NCBI GenBank assembly: GCA_023920165.1
Contig: CP089275.1
Location: 248,001-312,000 of the forward strand
DNA: 64,000 nucleotides
Direction of reading: 5' to 3'
Origin: Curvularia clavata
Taxonomy: Eukaryota
Part shown: positions 38,801-49,766 of the stretch, one piece after another
Layout of the letters: every line of letters begins with the position of its first letter
Numbering within the stretch: the first letter of the stretch is position 1
Program-made: the position numbers and the translations under genes
The notes under the pieces: model-generated
What the model was told of the DNA's origin: nothing
Database searches by the model: none
The model's input: only the letters and a program-made list of their open reading frames with translations

Positions 38801-40919
38801 TGCTTATCTCGTAGAAGGCTTCCAGGAACTGGGAGTTGACCTGAGGGAAATCGAGATTGGTCAAAAGATTCCCGAGATCTCATACCAGACCAGGCACGCG
38901 AAGGTCATGCAGAGGTTTTACGAGATTCTCCAAAAACATGACATTCTGCAAAAGAAAGGTTCCGAATTTGTCCGCTCATCTGGTTCATGTTATTCTGCTC
39001 CTTCTGCTCAGATCCTGCGTAGCCTTGTAGCCGACTTTCCCCAATACAGTTGTGAGGCAGAACTCATGGCTCTCACCGGCGCAAAGCTTGCAGAATGTTT
39101 GACAGGTGTGGAAGACCCTGTCAAACTTTTGTTTGGTACCAGCAAGTCACAAGAGATCATTGGAAACTTCTATACCAAAGCGCCTATGTTTGCCACACTG
39201 ACAGAGCTTCTTGTTGATTTTTTGGTTCGACTAGTCAAGAAAGCCGACGCACCAATGCGTATCCTTGAAGTTGGTGCCGGCATGGGAGGAACCACAAAGC
39301 GACTCGCTGAAGCGCTGAGCCAGCTCAATCACCCCGTCGAGTATGTCTTCACGGATATATCTCAAACCCTTGTTCGAAACGCATCAAAGAGGTTCAGATA
39401 CCCATGGATGCGATTTCAGGCACTAAACTTGGAGGTGCAACCTCCCATTGACATGATTGGCAAATTTGACGTTGTCATCAGTACAAATTGCGTTCATGCG
39501 ACAGCCAATAGAACTGATACCTGCCGTCGCATCAAGCAAATGCTGAATTCAAATGGTCTCATGGTACTCTCAGAGATAACCACCATCTTTGACTGGCATG
39601 AGATTGTTTTCGGCTTGCTAGACGGCTGGTGGTTGGCGAATGATGCCCAGCATGCTATTCAATCAGCAGAAGTTTGGATGAAGTTTATGCATCAGGCTGG
39701 ATTTCCTAGCGCAACGTATTCGCAAAGTCCAATACCAGACTGTAACCTACAGCGATTACTTATAGCGTCCTCAAAACAGTATTCCGAGCCGTCTCGCCGA
39801 ACAGGACTACCACCGAATGGTGTCGAGACAATGATTTACAAATCTGTCGACGGTGTTGAGATAGAAGCTGATGTTTACTTGCCTCAGAAAGCGCCTGCCA
39901 GCTCGATGCCTGTAGGTAATTAAATCTCAATCGCACGCTCTTCTACTCGACTAATGCCACGTAGCATTGATGATTCATGGAGGTGGTCATATGACGTTGT
40001 CACGCAAAGCAGTCAGACCGGAGCAAACAAGATTTTTACTTTCTCATGGCATACTTCCTGTTAGCGTGGACTACCGCTTATGTCCAGAGGTCAACGTCAT
40101 CGAAGGACCAATCTCTGATGTGCTCGATGCGTATTTGTGGATCCAGAGAGAACTTCCGAACATTATTTCAAAATTCGGCATTTCGATTGACACTGCTTCC
40201 ATCGTCTCAATCGGATGGTCCACTGGCGCTCACCTCGCTATGAGTCTTGCTTGGACAACCAGAGAGCTCACTACACCGCCACCAGTGGCTGTATTGGGTT
40301 TCTATGGACCAACTGAGTTTGAATCTGGTGGTACGTGAATTCTTCAGCCTTGTTAAACCCACACACTAGCTCAATTAACTGACAAGTCTTATCAGATCTA
40401 GAACGTCACCAAAGGCAATATCCCGCTCGCCGAATGCGACTGGAGAAGATCATGCAGTGCCTACCCCGTACGCCTGTGACAAACTATGGTGCTATGATGG
40501 ATAGTAGTGAGATGGGCTGGGTGAAGCCTGGAGATCCACGATCAGAGCTCATTTTCGCAATACTTAAGGAAGGCATTGGATTGAATGTGCTTCTCAATGG
40601 TCTTTCTCATGAGTCGTTGAGACAGAAACCTGACCCAGAGCTTGTTAGAGCTATCAGTCCATTAGCGCATGTACGGAACGGTACTTATACTGTTCCTACA
40701 TATATCATACATGGTACGCAAGACGAGATTGTACCATTCAGGACAGCTGAATTATTCATCAAGGAGCTGGAGGAGGCTAAGGTGAAATGTGGGCTTCTGC
40801 GACTTCCGGGGGTCAGGCATATTCACGATTTGCACTTGAAGCCTGGTGACAAGCAGTGGAGAGATCAAGTAGAACCGGGCTACGATTTTCTTTTAGAGGC
40901 CTTGAACGACTCCAAATGA
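32878..40919 (+). CDS. Non-reducing polyketide synthase SAT-KS-AT-PT-ACP-ACP-cMT-esterase (methylorsellinate-synthase type)
   Basis: Six exons (32878-33498, 33647-34149, 34201-35496, 35543-39915, 39965-40330, 40396-40919) join in frame. SAT GYCGG; KS DTACSSS/EAHGTGT/GHAE; AT GHSFG/HGFHS; PT GHAV...DAFIQ; ACPs LGVDSL and LGFDSL; cMT LEVGAGMGG; HSL-type esterase HGGG/GWSTG/HGTQD/HIHD. Confidence 0.95.
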
Positions 40920-41560
40920 GCTATCTTGGTTATGGAAGGCAGCAGTTTTTCTGCGGAGTTACTACCTACCGCTTGTAGTATAGCCAGTCATCCTCTGGGA
41001 TTTAACCACTAGTCTCGAAAGGGATTGCTGATTCTGGCGCAAGCAAGAAGAAGGAGAGGGAGAGAGAAAATCGAGGTGGTACTACATATTATTGAGGCTC
41101 TCCAAAAGCCCTATACTACAAAATTGTTGCAGATGATCTCTTAGATAATTAGTTGGTGGCTTTTTATGCAATTCTGTTCCGATGCTTGGCCCCTAGTGAT
41201 TGCTCGCGTGTGGTCACACAGCATACAAGTCTATCCTGAACTAGTAAAATATCTCTTAATTACCCCACCAACCCGCAGAAAACGGCCTCGTATCTAAGTC
41301 GGTCCGGATATCGATTCTAGTTCCTCCACATGCGAGTCAATCATATCGTTCAGTTTCTCAGATTAGGCCGACCTTGATTGTAACTAAGCTAAAAGCATCG
41401 ATGGAGTCTCATGACTTACGCAACCGGGCCGCAGAAAACACGTATAAATATGAGATTGCTCGAGAAGGCTGACAACAGGTTTCATGTTTTATTGGTGTCC
41501 TGCTCGAAGTATTCTTTTACCATTCATTTTCCAAGATACGGCCTCAGTCATCTCGCCGCA

Positions 41561-44500
41561 ATGGGCAGCTACCCCGAGGACGGAAATCGGACCATTACCC
41601 GAGAAGAAGAAGACACCATCTGGTCATGGAACGCTTGTCTTCCGCCAGCCTCGAATCTTACCATCACTCAACTCTTTTCCAAACAAGCAGATGAATCACC
41701 GGATGCCCCTGCTGTTGACGCCCCCGATGGTATTATAACATATGGGCAACTCGATGCCTACTCTACCCGTCTAGCTCTTCATCTCCGCGCGATGGTTGGC
41801 GATACAACTGGCGATGAGACCGTGCCGATTTGTTTCGATCGGTCCATCTGGTTGGTTATCTGCATGATGGCTGTGTCCAAAGCGGGAATGGGGTTCGCAA
41901 CCTTTGATCCCAGCCATCCAACAGAGCGGTTGCATACGTGTCTGGCAGCAATAAACCCAAGAGCTTTCTTGGTCGAGGAAAAGTTCCGGGACAGGTTTTC
42001 GAATACTGATTTGAACGTCGTATCAAATGTGCCTGAGATATGCAGCGTTCGTGATGGGAAGACGGATACAGCAACCGACCTGCCAGCTGGCCTTCCGAGT
42101 GATCTTTCCTATGTATGTTTCACTTCTGGCTCTACAGGAGAGCCCAAGGTTCTTCAACATACGCAAAGCAGTGCTGTTGCGACTGCTGCCGATGACAAGG
42201 CGTACTCAGTCGGTGCTTGCATTCTCAATGCCGCCTCTCCGGCCTTCCCGGCAAGCATCGTCTTGACTTTGAAGACGATATGCAACGGAGGCTTATTAGT
42301 CTTACCACCAGAACGGGAGCGCATGGGCGGCCTAGCCAATTTCATTACCAAAAAAGGAATCACAAATATGTTTCTTACGCCTACTCAGCTAAATTTGCTG
42401 AAACCAGAAGATGTAGGCTGTTTGAAGTTGTTACTTGTGGGTGGAGAACCCCTGACCCAAAAGCTCATCGACATCTGGGCACCACATTTGACGCTTGCCG
42501 AGGCGTACGGGATGTCTGAGGGTGTAGGCATAGTGAACGAGATCGACAAGAGTGGAATAAAATCTAGATCTCTCCAAGCCATCAGAGGCTGCGCGTGGAT
42601 TGTTGATCCGGACGATATCAATACTCTGATGCCTATTGGGGAAACCGGAGAGTTAGTATTTGAAGGGCATGTACTCTTCAAAGGATATCGAAACAATCCA
42701 GAAACTAATGCCAAATCAATCATCGAGGGGCCTCCAAGCTGGGCGAAGAAGAGAGGTGAGGAGAGGCCAAAGAGGCTGTTTCGAACAGGAGACCTGGCAA
42801 AGTACATTGAGGATGGAGTTGTGCAGATCGTGGGCAGGAAGGATACCCGCGTTAAGTTGCATGGTCAGCGTTTTGAACTTGGTGAGGTGGAAAAGTCCAT
42901 GGTGGGTTTTCTTCCTACTGGAGTAACCGTTGCAGCAGGAATCGTGGAACCAGTGAATGGTTATGGTCCGATGCTCGTGGCCTACATCCACGGTCTGTCA
43001 ACGGACTTCAGCCAAGAGGTAAAACAGCTAAGGGAGAAAATGGCTGCTATACTTCCAGAATACATGGTTCCACGCGGGTTTGTGGAGCTCAAGGATCGGC
43101 CATTGAACCCGTCTGGAAAACTTGATCGGTTACAATTGCGCAAAAGAGCTGCCGAGATGTCATTGGTCGAATTAATCAGGCATACAAGCTCTTCGGAAAA
43201 GACCCTGCCCGTGACAGAGCAAGAAAAGTCAATGCAAAGTCTATGGGCTACCGTTTTGGGACTTCCTATCGATTACATCGGACTGGATGATGACTTTTTT
43301 TATCTTGGAGGGGACTCCCTACAAGCTATGAAGCTCTTTGCAGCCGCGCGAAGAGAGAATATTTTACTCGACATCGAGGATATCTTGAAGCACCGAATCC
43401 TGCGAGCTATGAGTGAAGCCGCTCGATTTGGGTCAGAAGCCGAGTCTATCAAGGTAGAGAACGGACACCAAACATATAAGATAAGCGGAATCACTTCGGA
43501 TATCCCAGAAGAAGATGTTGAAGATGTGGCTCTCGCAACAGATTGGCAGGCTTGGTGTATCGGTCAGGGCCTGCTTCAAGCTCATGGTTGGCACGACTAC
43601 ATGATTCTCAAATTCTCTAAAGACTTCGACGTTGAAAGACTGCAGCATGTCTGTCAGCAACTGTTGGACAGACACGCCATCTTCCGCACTGTATTTTTTG
43701 TCAAAGAAAGAAAGACTTTCCAAGTCGTCTTGAAGCCCAAGGCGTATCCATTTCACTTCCTCATGAAGCAATCAGGCGGCCAAAATGTGGATGAGGTTGT
43801 CAAAGAGACCATTCGTGAAGACATGAGGCGCAACAGGCAACTCGGCGACCCTCTAGTGGCTTTCACTCTGGTCCAGGACTCCAAAAACGCCACAAGTCAA
43901 TTGATATTCAGAATTTCTCACGCCCAATATGACGGCGCCTGCATGGACAAGCTTTGGCGATTCCTTGAGGCTCTGTACTTGGATCAGCCATTGGAGGTTA
44001 TTCCGTTCAAGAAATTCTGTGAAGAAGCCTCCCTAGCGAGCAAGAATTCCGAACCATTTTGGAAAGATGTGTTGGCCAATAGCTCGATGACCGAAGTCAG
44101 GAGTCACACTCGCCCGAGTATCGAATACCCCATCAACAACGCCGCCAAATCATCAATTCCAATGATCGACTTAAAAGTGGCTGGCTTCACTCAAGCGACA
44201 GCCGTGCTTACGTCTTGGTCCATAGTCCTTTCAAAGCTCACTGGTCAAACTTCAGTTGTGTTTGGATACCTCAGTTCTGGAAGAGACTTGCCTATGCCCG
44301 GTGTATCTGATGTTATCGGAGCATGCCTAAACGTCTTGCCTTTGCGCACTGACATTCAATTAACTACACAAACTTCCTCACTTCTCAGCTCTGTGCAGAG
44401 TAATTACCTTAAGGCACTTCAGCACGGTCATCTTGGACATTACCACATCATCGAAAATTGCACGGCATGGCCCCGGTGGACACGCTTCTCGACGATAGTG

Positions 44501-45103
44501 AACCATGTTAGCCTTGGCTCCATCAAACCTCTATTTTCGGGTGTTGGCGAGTGTGCGTTTGAGTACTATGAGCCAGAACACGACAAAGCTGACCTTTGGC
44601 TCCAAACGTTTGTGAGGGGTAATGAGTTAGAAGTGGAACTCAGATACTCGACCAAAGCGTTCTCACATGATTGGGTCAAGGGGGTGCTAGACTATTTCGT
44701 TGGTGTGTACAAGCAGCTGCCCAACATATTGCCGCACCAACTGGAAGAGAAACTTCCACCTTTCAATCTGACTTTGCCTGAAGATGACCTTGTGTCTTCT
44801 CGGCAGTTGAATGGGAAGACCAAGACACCTTCCCTAGATCATCTCGGCAATATTGAAGCCAACGTCCTCTCATGTTGGGAGTCGGTTTTCGGGATTGATG
44901 TCAGGTCGGATGTCAAGTTCTCCCATGACACGCCGTTTTATGAGATATGGGGCAGCGCAATCGCTGCACCTGCGTTAGCGTCTGAATACACGAAGAACGG
45001 TCTTGATATGAGTTGCGAAGAGGTGTATGAGTATCCGTCCATCACCCAGACTATTCCGCATCTAGCAAGACGGATGAATGGAGTTACAAAGGGAGAAAGC
45101 TAG
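41561..45103 (+). CDS. Single-module NRPS-like enzyme A-T-C-(degenerate T)
   Basis: A motifs YVCFTSGSTGEPK, YGMSE, FRTGDL, GRKDTRVKLHGQRFELGEVE, SGKLDR; T domain FFYLGGDSL; C domain RISHAQYDG; C-terminal T-like PFYEIWGSAIAA. Likely start MGSYPED at 41561. Confidence 0.92.
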   Translation: MGSYPEDGNRTITREEEDTIWSWNACLPPASNLTITQLFSKQADESPDAPAVDAPDGIITYGQLDAYSTRLALHLRAMVGDTTGDETVPICFDRSIWLVICMMAVSKAGMGFATFDPSHPTERLHTCLAAINPRAFLVEEKFRDRFSNTDLNVVSNVPEICSVRDGKTDTATDLPAGLPSDLSYVCFTSGSTGEPKVLQHTQSSAVATAADDKAYSVGACILNAASPAFPASIVLTLKTICNGGLLVLPPERERMGGLANFITKKGITNMFLTPTQLNLLKPEDVGCLKLLLVGGEPLTQKLIDIWAPHLTLAEAYGMSEGVGIVNEIDKSGIKSRSLQAIRGCAWIVDPDDINTLMPIGETGELVFEGHVLFKGYRNNPETNAKSIIEGPPSWAKKRGEERPKRLFRTGDLAKYIEDGVVQIVGRKDTRVKLHGQRFELGEVEKSMVGFLPTGVTVAAGIVEPVNGYGPMLVAYIHGLSTDFSQEVKQLREKMAAILPEYMVPRGFVELKDRPLNPSGKLDRLQLRKRAAEMSLVELIRHTSSSEKTLPVTEQEKSMQSLWATVLGLPIDYIGLDDDFFYLGGDSLQAMKLFAAARRENILLDIEDILKHRILRAMSEAARFGSEAESIKVENGHQTYKISGITSDIPEEDVEDVALATDWQAWCIGQGLLQAHGWHDYMILKFSKDFDVERLQHVCQQLLDRHAIFRTVFFVKERKTFQVVLKPKAYPFHFLMKQSGGQNVDEVVKETIREDMRRNRQLGDPLVAFTLVQDSKNATSQLIFRISHAQYDGACMDKLWRFLEALYLDQPLEVIPFKKFCEEASLASKNSEPFWKDVLANSSMTEVRSHTRPSIEYPINNAAKSSIPMIDLKVAGFTQATAVLTSWSIVLSKLTGQTSVVFGYLSSGRDLPMPGVSDVIGACLNVLPLRTDIQLTTQTSSLLSSVQSNYLKALQHGHLGHYHIIENCTAWPRWTRFSTIVNHVSLGSIKPLFSGVGECAFEYYEPEHDKADLWLQTFVRGNELEVELRYSTKAFSHDWVKGVLDYFVGVYKQLPNILPHQLEEKLPPFNLTLPEDDLVSSRQLNGKTKTPSLDHLGNIEANVLSCWESVFGIDVRSDVKFSHDTPFYEIWGSAIAAPALASEYTKNGLDMSCEEVYEYPSITQTIPHLARRMNGVTKGES

Positions 45104-45677
45104 TGGGGTTCTCTACTCGATCGGGCATGGTTACTTATACAGCCACAATGACATATGGTATGGGAGAGTCATTGCTGGTCAAGAAGGGGATAACTTGATG
45201 TTGCAACGAAGTGTAGTGATGCAAATGGTATCGAGTCAGCACCATTTTTACAAGATGTTATTTCTTACGAAATCTGTCAATTTTCACAAGCGTATCTTGA
45301 AGGACTTGCATGATTGCATCATGATCATCAACCGAACAGAACTCAGGCTAGTACTGTGTAAGGGTCAACGGGCGCCCGTCCGAGGGCGCTTACTTTCCTG
45401 TGGGTGATGACTATATGAACCTCAAGTAAAAACGTTTCAACCAAAACATGAGATACGTATGGTCACTTCTGCAGGTGCACTTTGTAACCCAGTAATACTA
45501 CTGGAGATCATATGTTTTTATTATTTTCTGTTTTCCACATCATATGTCCTAAGCGCATTCAAGTTCAATCACCGTGTGTCACTGTATGCTGAGTCTGCGT
45601 GACTACACTTCATTCATTACTCAAAAAAACAGGAATTCAGAATCTTTCAATCATCTAAGCTGGCCATGGCGTTCCTC

Positions 45678-46689
45678 TTAGTCTTCATGATCTTTTTTGC
45701 CCGTGAGACTCTCCTTTGGTACAGCAACACCATTCGTTTGAATCCAGTTCATGAGAGGCTCGAATTTCTTACACTTGTGTGTTGCTTGGAAGTCTTCCCG
45801 AGCAATCCCAGCCCCCTTTCCGGTGCTGTCATACAACAGATAAGGTGTGAGATCAGCGTTACAAGTCAACGCTTGGTGCAGAGTAGAGATACAGTGATCA
45901 GCATGCTTTCGAGCAACTTCAGGCGAGTTGTACTTGAAAAGAGTTGGAACCAGTCCTTCTGGATATTCGTGTACCCACAACGCTTGTCGGAGTACGTTTA
46001 GGCAGTGAAGGTGATGGAAGACTATATGAGACGCTTAGTAACCACATTCAAGAGAACTCCAGACCATCCCATTCTCACCTTCCACTCCGGCGATGTAGCC
46101 TTCTTGTCCGGGTTTGCCGCCTTTAACAAAGCCTTGCTCAATGCTGCGGTTGAGTGATGGGACGCGTTCTTCTGGAATTATCACAGTAGGCACTATACGG
46201 ATCGAGTTTTAGTTCACTACCGCTTAGCATATGGAAAGCAACTTACCATTTACCAATCTCTCCCATCTGTCCTCCAGTTCGGCAGTAGGCTGGCCAGTCC
46301 ACTGCGAGTACTTGCGCGTGAAGATGCTCTCCCAGTCTTTCTCTTCGTACTCTACAGCATCCAGCAGTGGCGCTGAAGTAACGGTGCTATCAGTACAGAT
46401 TATTATGGTGAGTCTCATGCTACTACTTACACCAGATACTAAGCTGAGCAGCGCAAGCTTTATCAGACTGCTTGTAGTTGAGAGTGCTCACAACCATCAG
46501 TACTCCAATGAAGAACATGAACAAAGAGAGAAGATTCAACATCACATCAACCCTGAGGCCACGCTTCCTCGTACTCAGGGTTGGAAGGACCTCCTCAGAG
46601 TCCGACATGAGTTTTGTCTCTTCCATCTGCTGGGACGCCAACTTGGGGCTTAAGAGGCGGCTAAGAAGATTGGTCTTGGAATCGAGCAT
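45678..46689 (-). CDS. DUF3328 / UstYa-family oxidase 1 (4 exons)
   Basis: Exons 46689-46431, 46372-46247, 46192-46079, 46021-45678. N-terminal TM helix, SPLLDAVEY, VFHHLHCLNVLR and KHADHCI (two HxxHC), HKCKKFE. Confidence 0.92.
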
Positions 46690-47986
46690 ACTGAAGTATG
46701 AATACTCCTACTTGAGGAAGAATTGAGATGGTTGAGAGCAGAGCAGTTTGAGCGTGACAACGATAGTAGAGCTGGGGGATTGCCAAACTACCCAACAGTT
46801 TGCATTGCATTTGCTCAGTCTCGATACAAGCACTAGCGGGCTTACGTTATTGTGATACCTCGCGATTGTTGCCTCGATAACTACCTTCAGCTAGGTAAAT
46901 TAAAATGCATGCCCGATGGTGTGATAAATGTGGGGCATGATCAACCTGAGGGGTCGCATCATGATAAGCACTGGCGAAGGCGGGGGGCGGAGGTGCAGCG
47001 CCGGCAGGCGTCGGTAGGCGCCGTCCTAGTCGTGTTCCGGTAACGGCCCGTAGCCGTGAGAATGAACTATCGTGTAGCGTGCGACAGCTCATATCCTCAC
47101 GTGCGCTACGAATGGAGCTTACACTATACCAACTTCCTTACTAGGATTGGCTCCGGGGATCAGATAGCACGCATTGCATGTTCATGCACTCTGAGGTTGT
47201 CTTTTGCTGCACTGTCAGCAAAAGCGTATCTGCACCTCCAATGGCTGAAAACACTAGGTACCTAGCCATACACCAAGGTCAGCAACAGATCGACATTTGT
47301 AGACTTCGGCCTTTCAGCTTATCGGAATATTAAGTGCCTGCAGTATAGTACAAGCTGAACTATGTCAACATTATATGATTTAGGTCCATGGTAACATAGC
47401 CGAGGCTATGGATTGATGGTTGGCTGCATGCCTTGAAAGATAGATTGTGTTCGGTGATACAACCTTGCCCCGCAACCTGCCATTCAGCTTGCTAACCTGC
47501 TTCGGTATCTGATAAAAGCGCCGAGCCGTCAACTAAAAGCTTAATTCAATCAAGAGGACGAGGCTGTGAACTATGCTGCCTCGGCCTGCAGAGACCTCAT
47601 TCGGATGTTAGCCCTAGCTATGCCCGTACCCCGATTAAGTTATGACCGCCGTATCGAAGTGCTGATCTGCTTACACTGAAAGGTGGAGAATATCTAGCAT
47701 GCTTGCTGTGACCCCTGCGCTGTAACAACACTAGTTTCTCAGGCCATGCAATACAAACCATATTGTTGAATTATCCGGTTCGGGAAATGATACTGGCTAG
47801 AGCGTACAGCATCAGCACCCAGGAAGAGCTTCAGCTGCAGAGACCCACTTAACAGTTGATGGACTATTCACTTCGACCTTCAGTGTCTTCTCCTTGCCCC
47901 GAAACCTTTTGCTTTCCCTACATTGACATCTCTTTTCTACTTTCACTCTCTGAGAAAGCCCAGTTTACCTTTCAGTCCTGTCTTGC

Positions 47987-48945
47987 ATGATAAACATCAT
48001 GGAGTCAAAGAAGCATGCATACAAGCCGGTCTCATCATTTGATGACCTCTCATCCTCCGCGACTGATGTCAATGAGCGCTCTAGTGACGACTATGCTCTT
48101 GAATCACTTCACATGCGAACGAGACGTTTGAGGTGGATTAAGAACCCTCTTCTTGCCTCCATCATCAGTCTCAATGTCTTGGTCGCAGCCCTTATAGTTG
48201 TTGCACTCACGCGAAAGCCAACCGACCAACAATGCAGCACTCAACTCTCAACATACTGTAAGTGTCATAGCATATAACATTGAGCATTCCCTAAGTTTTT
48301 GCAGCTCCCCTTCTCGATTCCATTGAGTATATCGAATATGATTTCGCAGCCGAGTTCAACAGCACTAATAAATATCGCGGGCCACCTACACCCGAGCGGG
48401 AAGACGCTTGGTATAACTTGACCTACAGTGAGTATTTCCATCATTTTCGAATCTAATAATCTGCCAGCACTCTAACCGAAAGACCAGAACACGCGGTAGA
48501 AATCCCAGCAGACAAAATTGCTGAGCTCAACCGTACCGAGGCCGATAACTTGAAACGCGTTCCAGAAGATGTAGGAACTGGTTATGTAGCTATCATTGAA
48601 GTTTTTCATCAGCTTCACTGCCTCGTAAGCTCTCCTCCTCGCAAATCACCTTCTTATCAGGACTGATCCACCCAGAACATGATTCGAATGTTCACGTGGT
48701 ACCAAGCTGGAAAATACCCCGGTATTCCAGATGGACTTTCCGACAATGAACTCAAGAATCGCATGCACGTTGATCACTGTCTTGATGCGTTGAGAATAGC
48801 TATCCAGTGTTACGGTGATGTAACTCCGCTTTTCGTTCGCAACGGTGGTCATGCTGGGGCTAAAGCCGATTTCGACACCCACCACAAGTGCCGCAATTTT
48901 GACAAGATTGAGGCATGGATCGATGAGAATTGGACTGTGAGTTAG
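47987..48945 (+). CDS. DUF3328 / UstYa-family oxidase 2 (4 exons)
   Basis: Exons 47987-48257, 48305-48427, 48488-48624, 48676-48945. TM helix, SPLLDSIEY, YRGPPTPE, EVFHQLHCLNMIR and MHVDHCLDALR (two HxxHC), HKCRNFD. Confidence 0.93.
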
Positions 48946-49766
48946 ATCTATGACTAGATAGCTTGGGTGAGAGCGGGAGAACGGGTCGCATCAGTCACTG
49001 AGAGCTGGAATTCGGGCAGGTTTGGTCAGCGAGTGAATTTGCAATTGAACTATCCGAATCACCATTTTCCCACATTTTTCCGAATTACACGTTGAAAGGA
49101 CCCAAATCTTAATTTGGAGACGCGGCCGAGAAGCCTTCAAAGCAGGTTTTGGGGTCATTGTGAGAAGGTTCGGGTTAGCTAGAATGTCGTGATGAACGTG
49201 CGTGTTTGCGAACAACCTTGGTCTACGTGGAGGTCCATCAATCGGACGATCGCCACGTATCGATATTTCGGATGTTTCACCAACTTCCGGTTGTTGTAAG
49301 TGCTTACAATGATCAGCTCTTATCTTTTAGTGCCTTCGTTCATTGCTCAGCGTTTAGATACCCATGTGAACTACACATGACCGGTTTGTCCGGAACCAAC
49401 AGTTACATTGCATTAGTTAGTTTTATGACCAAGGATTTGAGCTTTACTATAATGCAAGGCATACCTCAGTGTGATAGCGTGCATACACGGCAAAACCTAG
49501 GCGGCATGCAAGGTGATTACAAGTGAAGGTCCCACATGGTGAACCAGCTCGCTAGGTTACGCTAACTCCTCCTCATCGTCTTCACATGCCCAGAATGGCA
49601 ACTGAAGAGTGAACTTCGGCATGTACACTGAGGATTAGCAACGGGGGGAAAGAATACATAAGATGTGGTTGTTGCCTCCAATGTTCGACATCAGCTCACC
49701 AGCTCTTCTCATCAGTCCTCTTCCACTTCCAACCCAACTCTCCAGCTCCATCAACTCCTATTCAAG

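Noticed and set aside
41411..41560. Upstream ATG (41411) as the NRPS start
   Set aside because: The first 50 codons look like 5' UTR. ATG 41561 directly precedes the typical 'IWSWN' lead-in to the A domain.
47280..47910. Repeated TCGG/CCGA half-sites between the two DUF3328 genes as Zn2Cys6 binding sites
   Set aside because: About ten copies by eye, but a 4-mer without fixed spacing cannot be told from chance without a motif-enrichment test.
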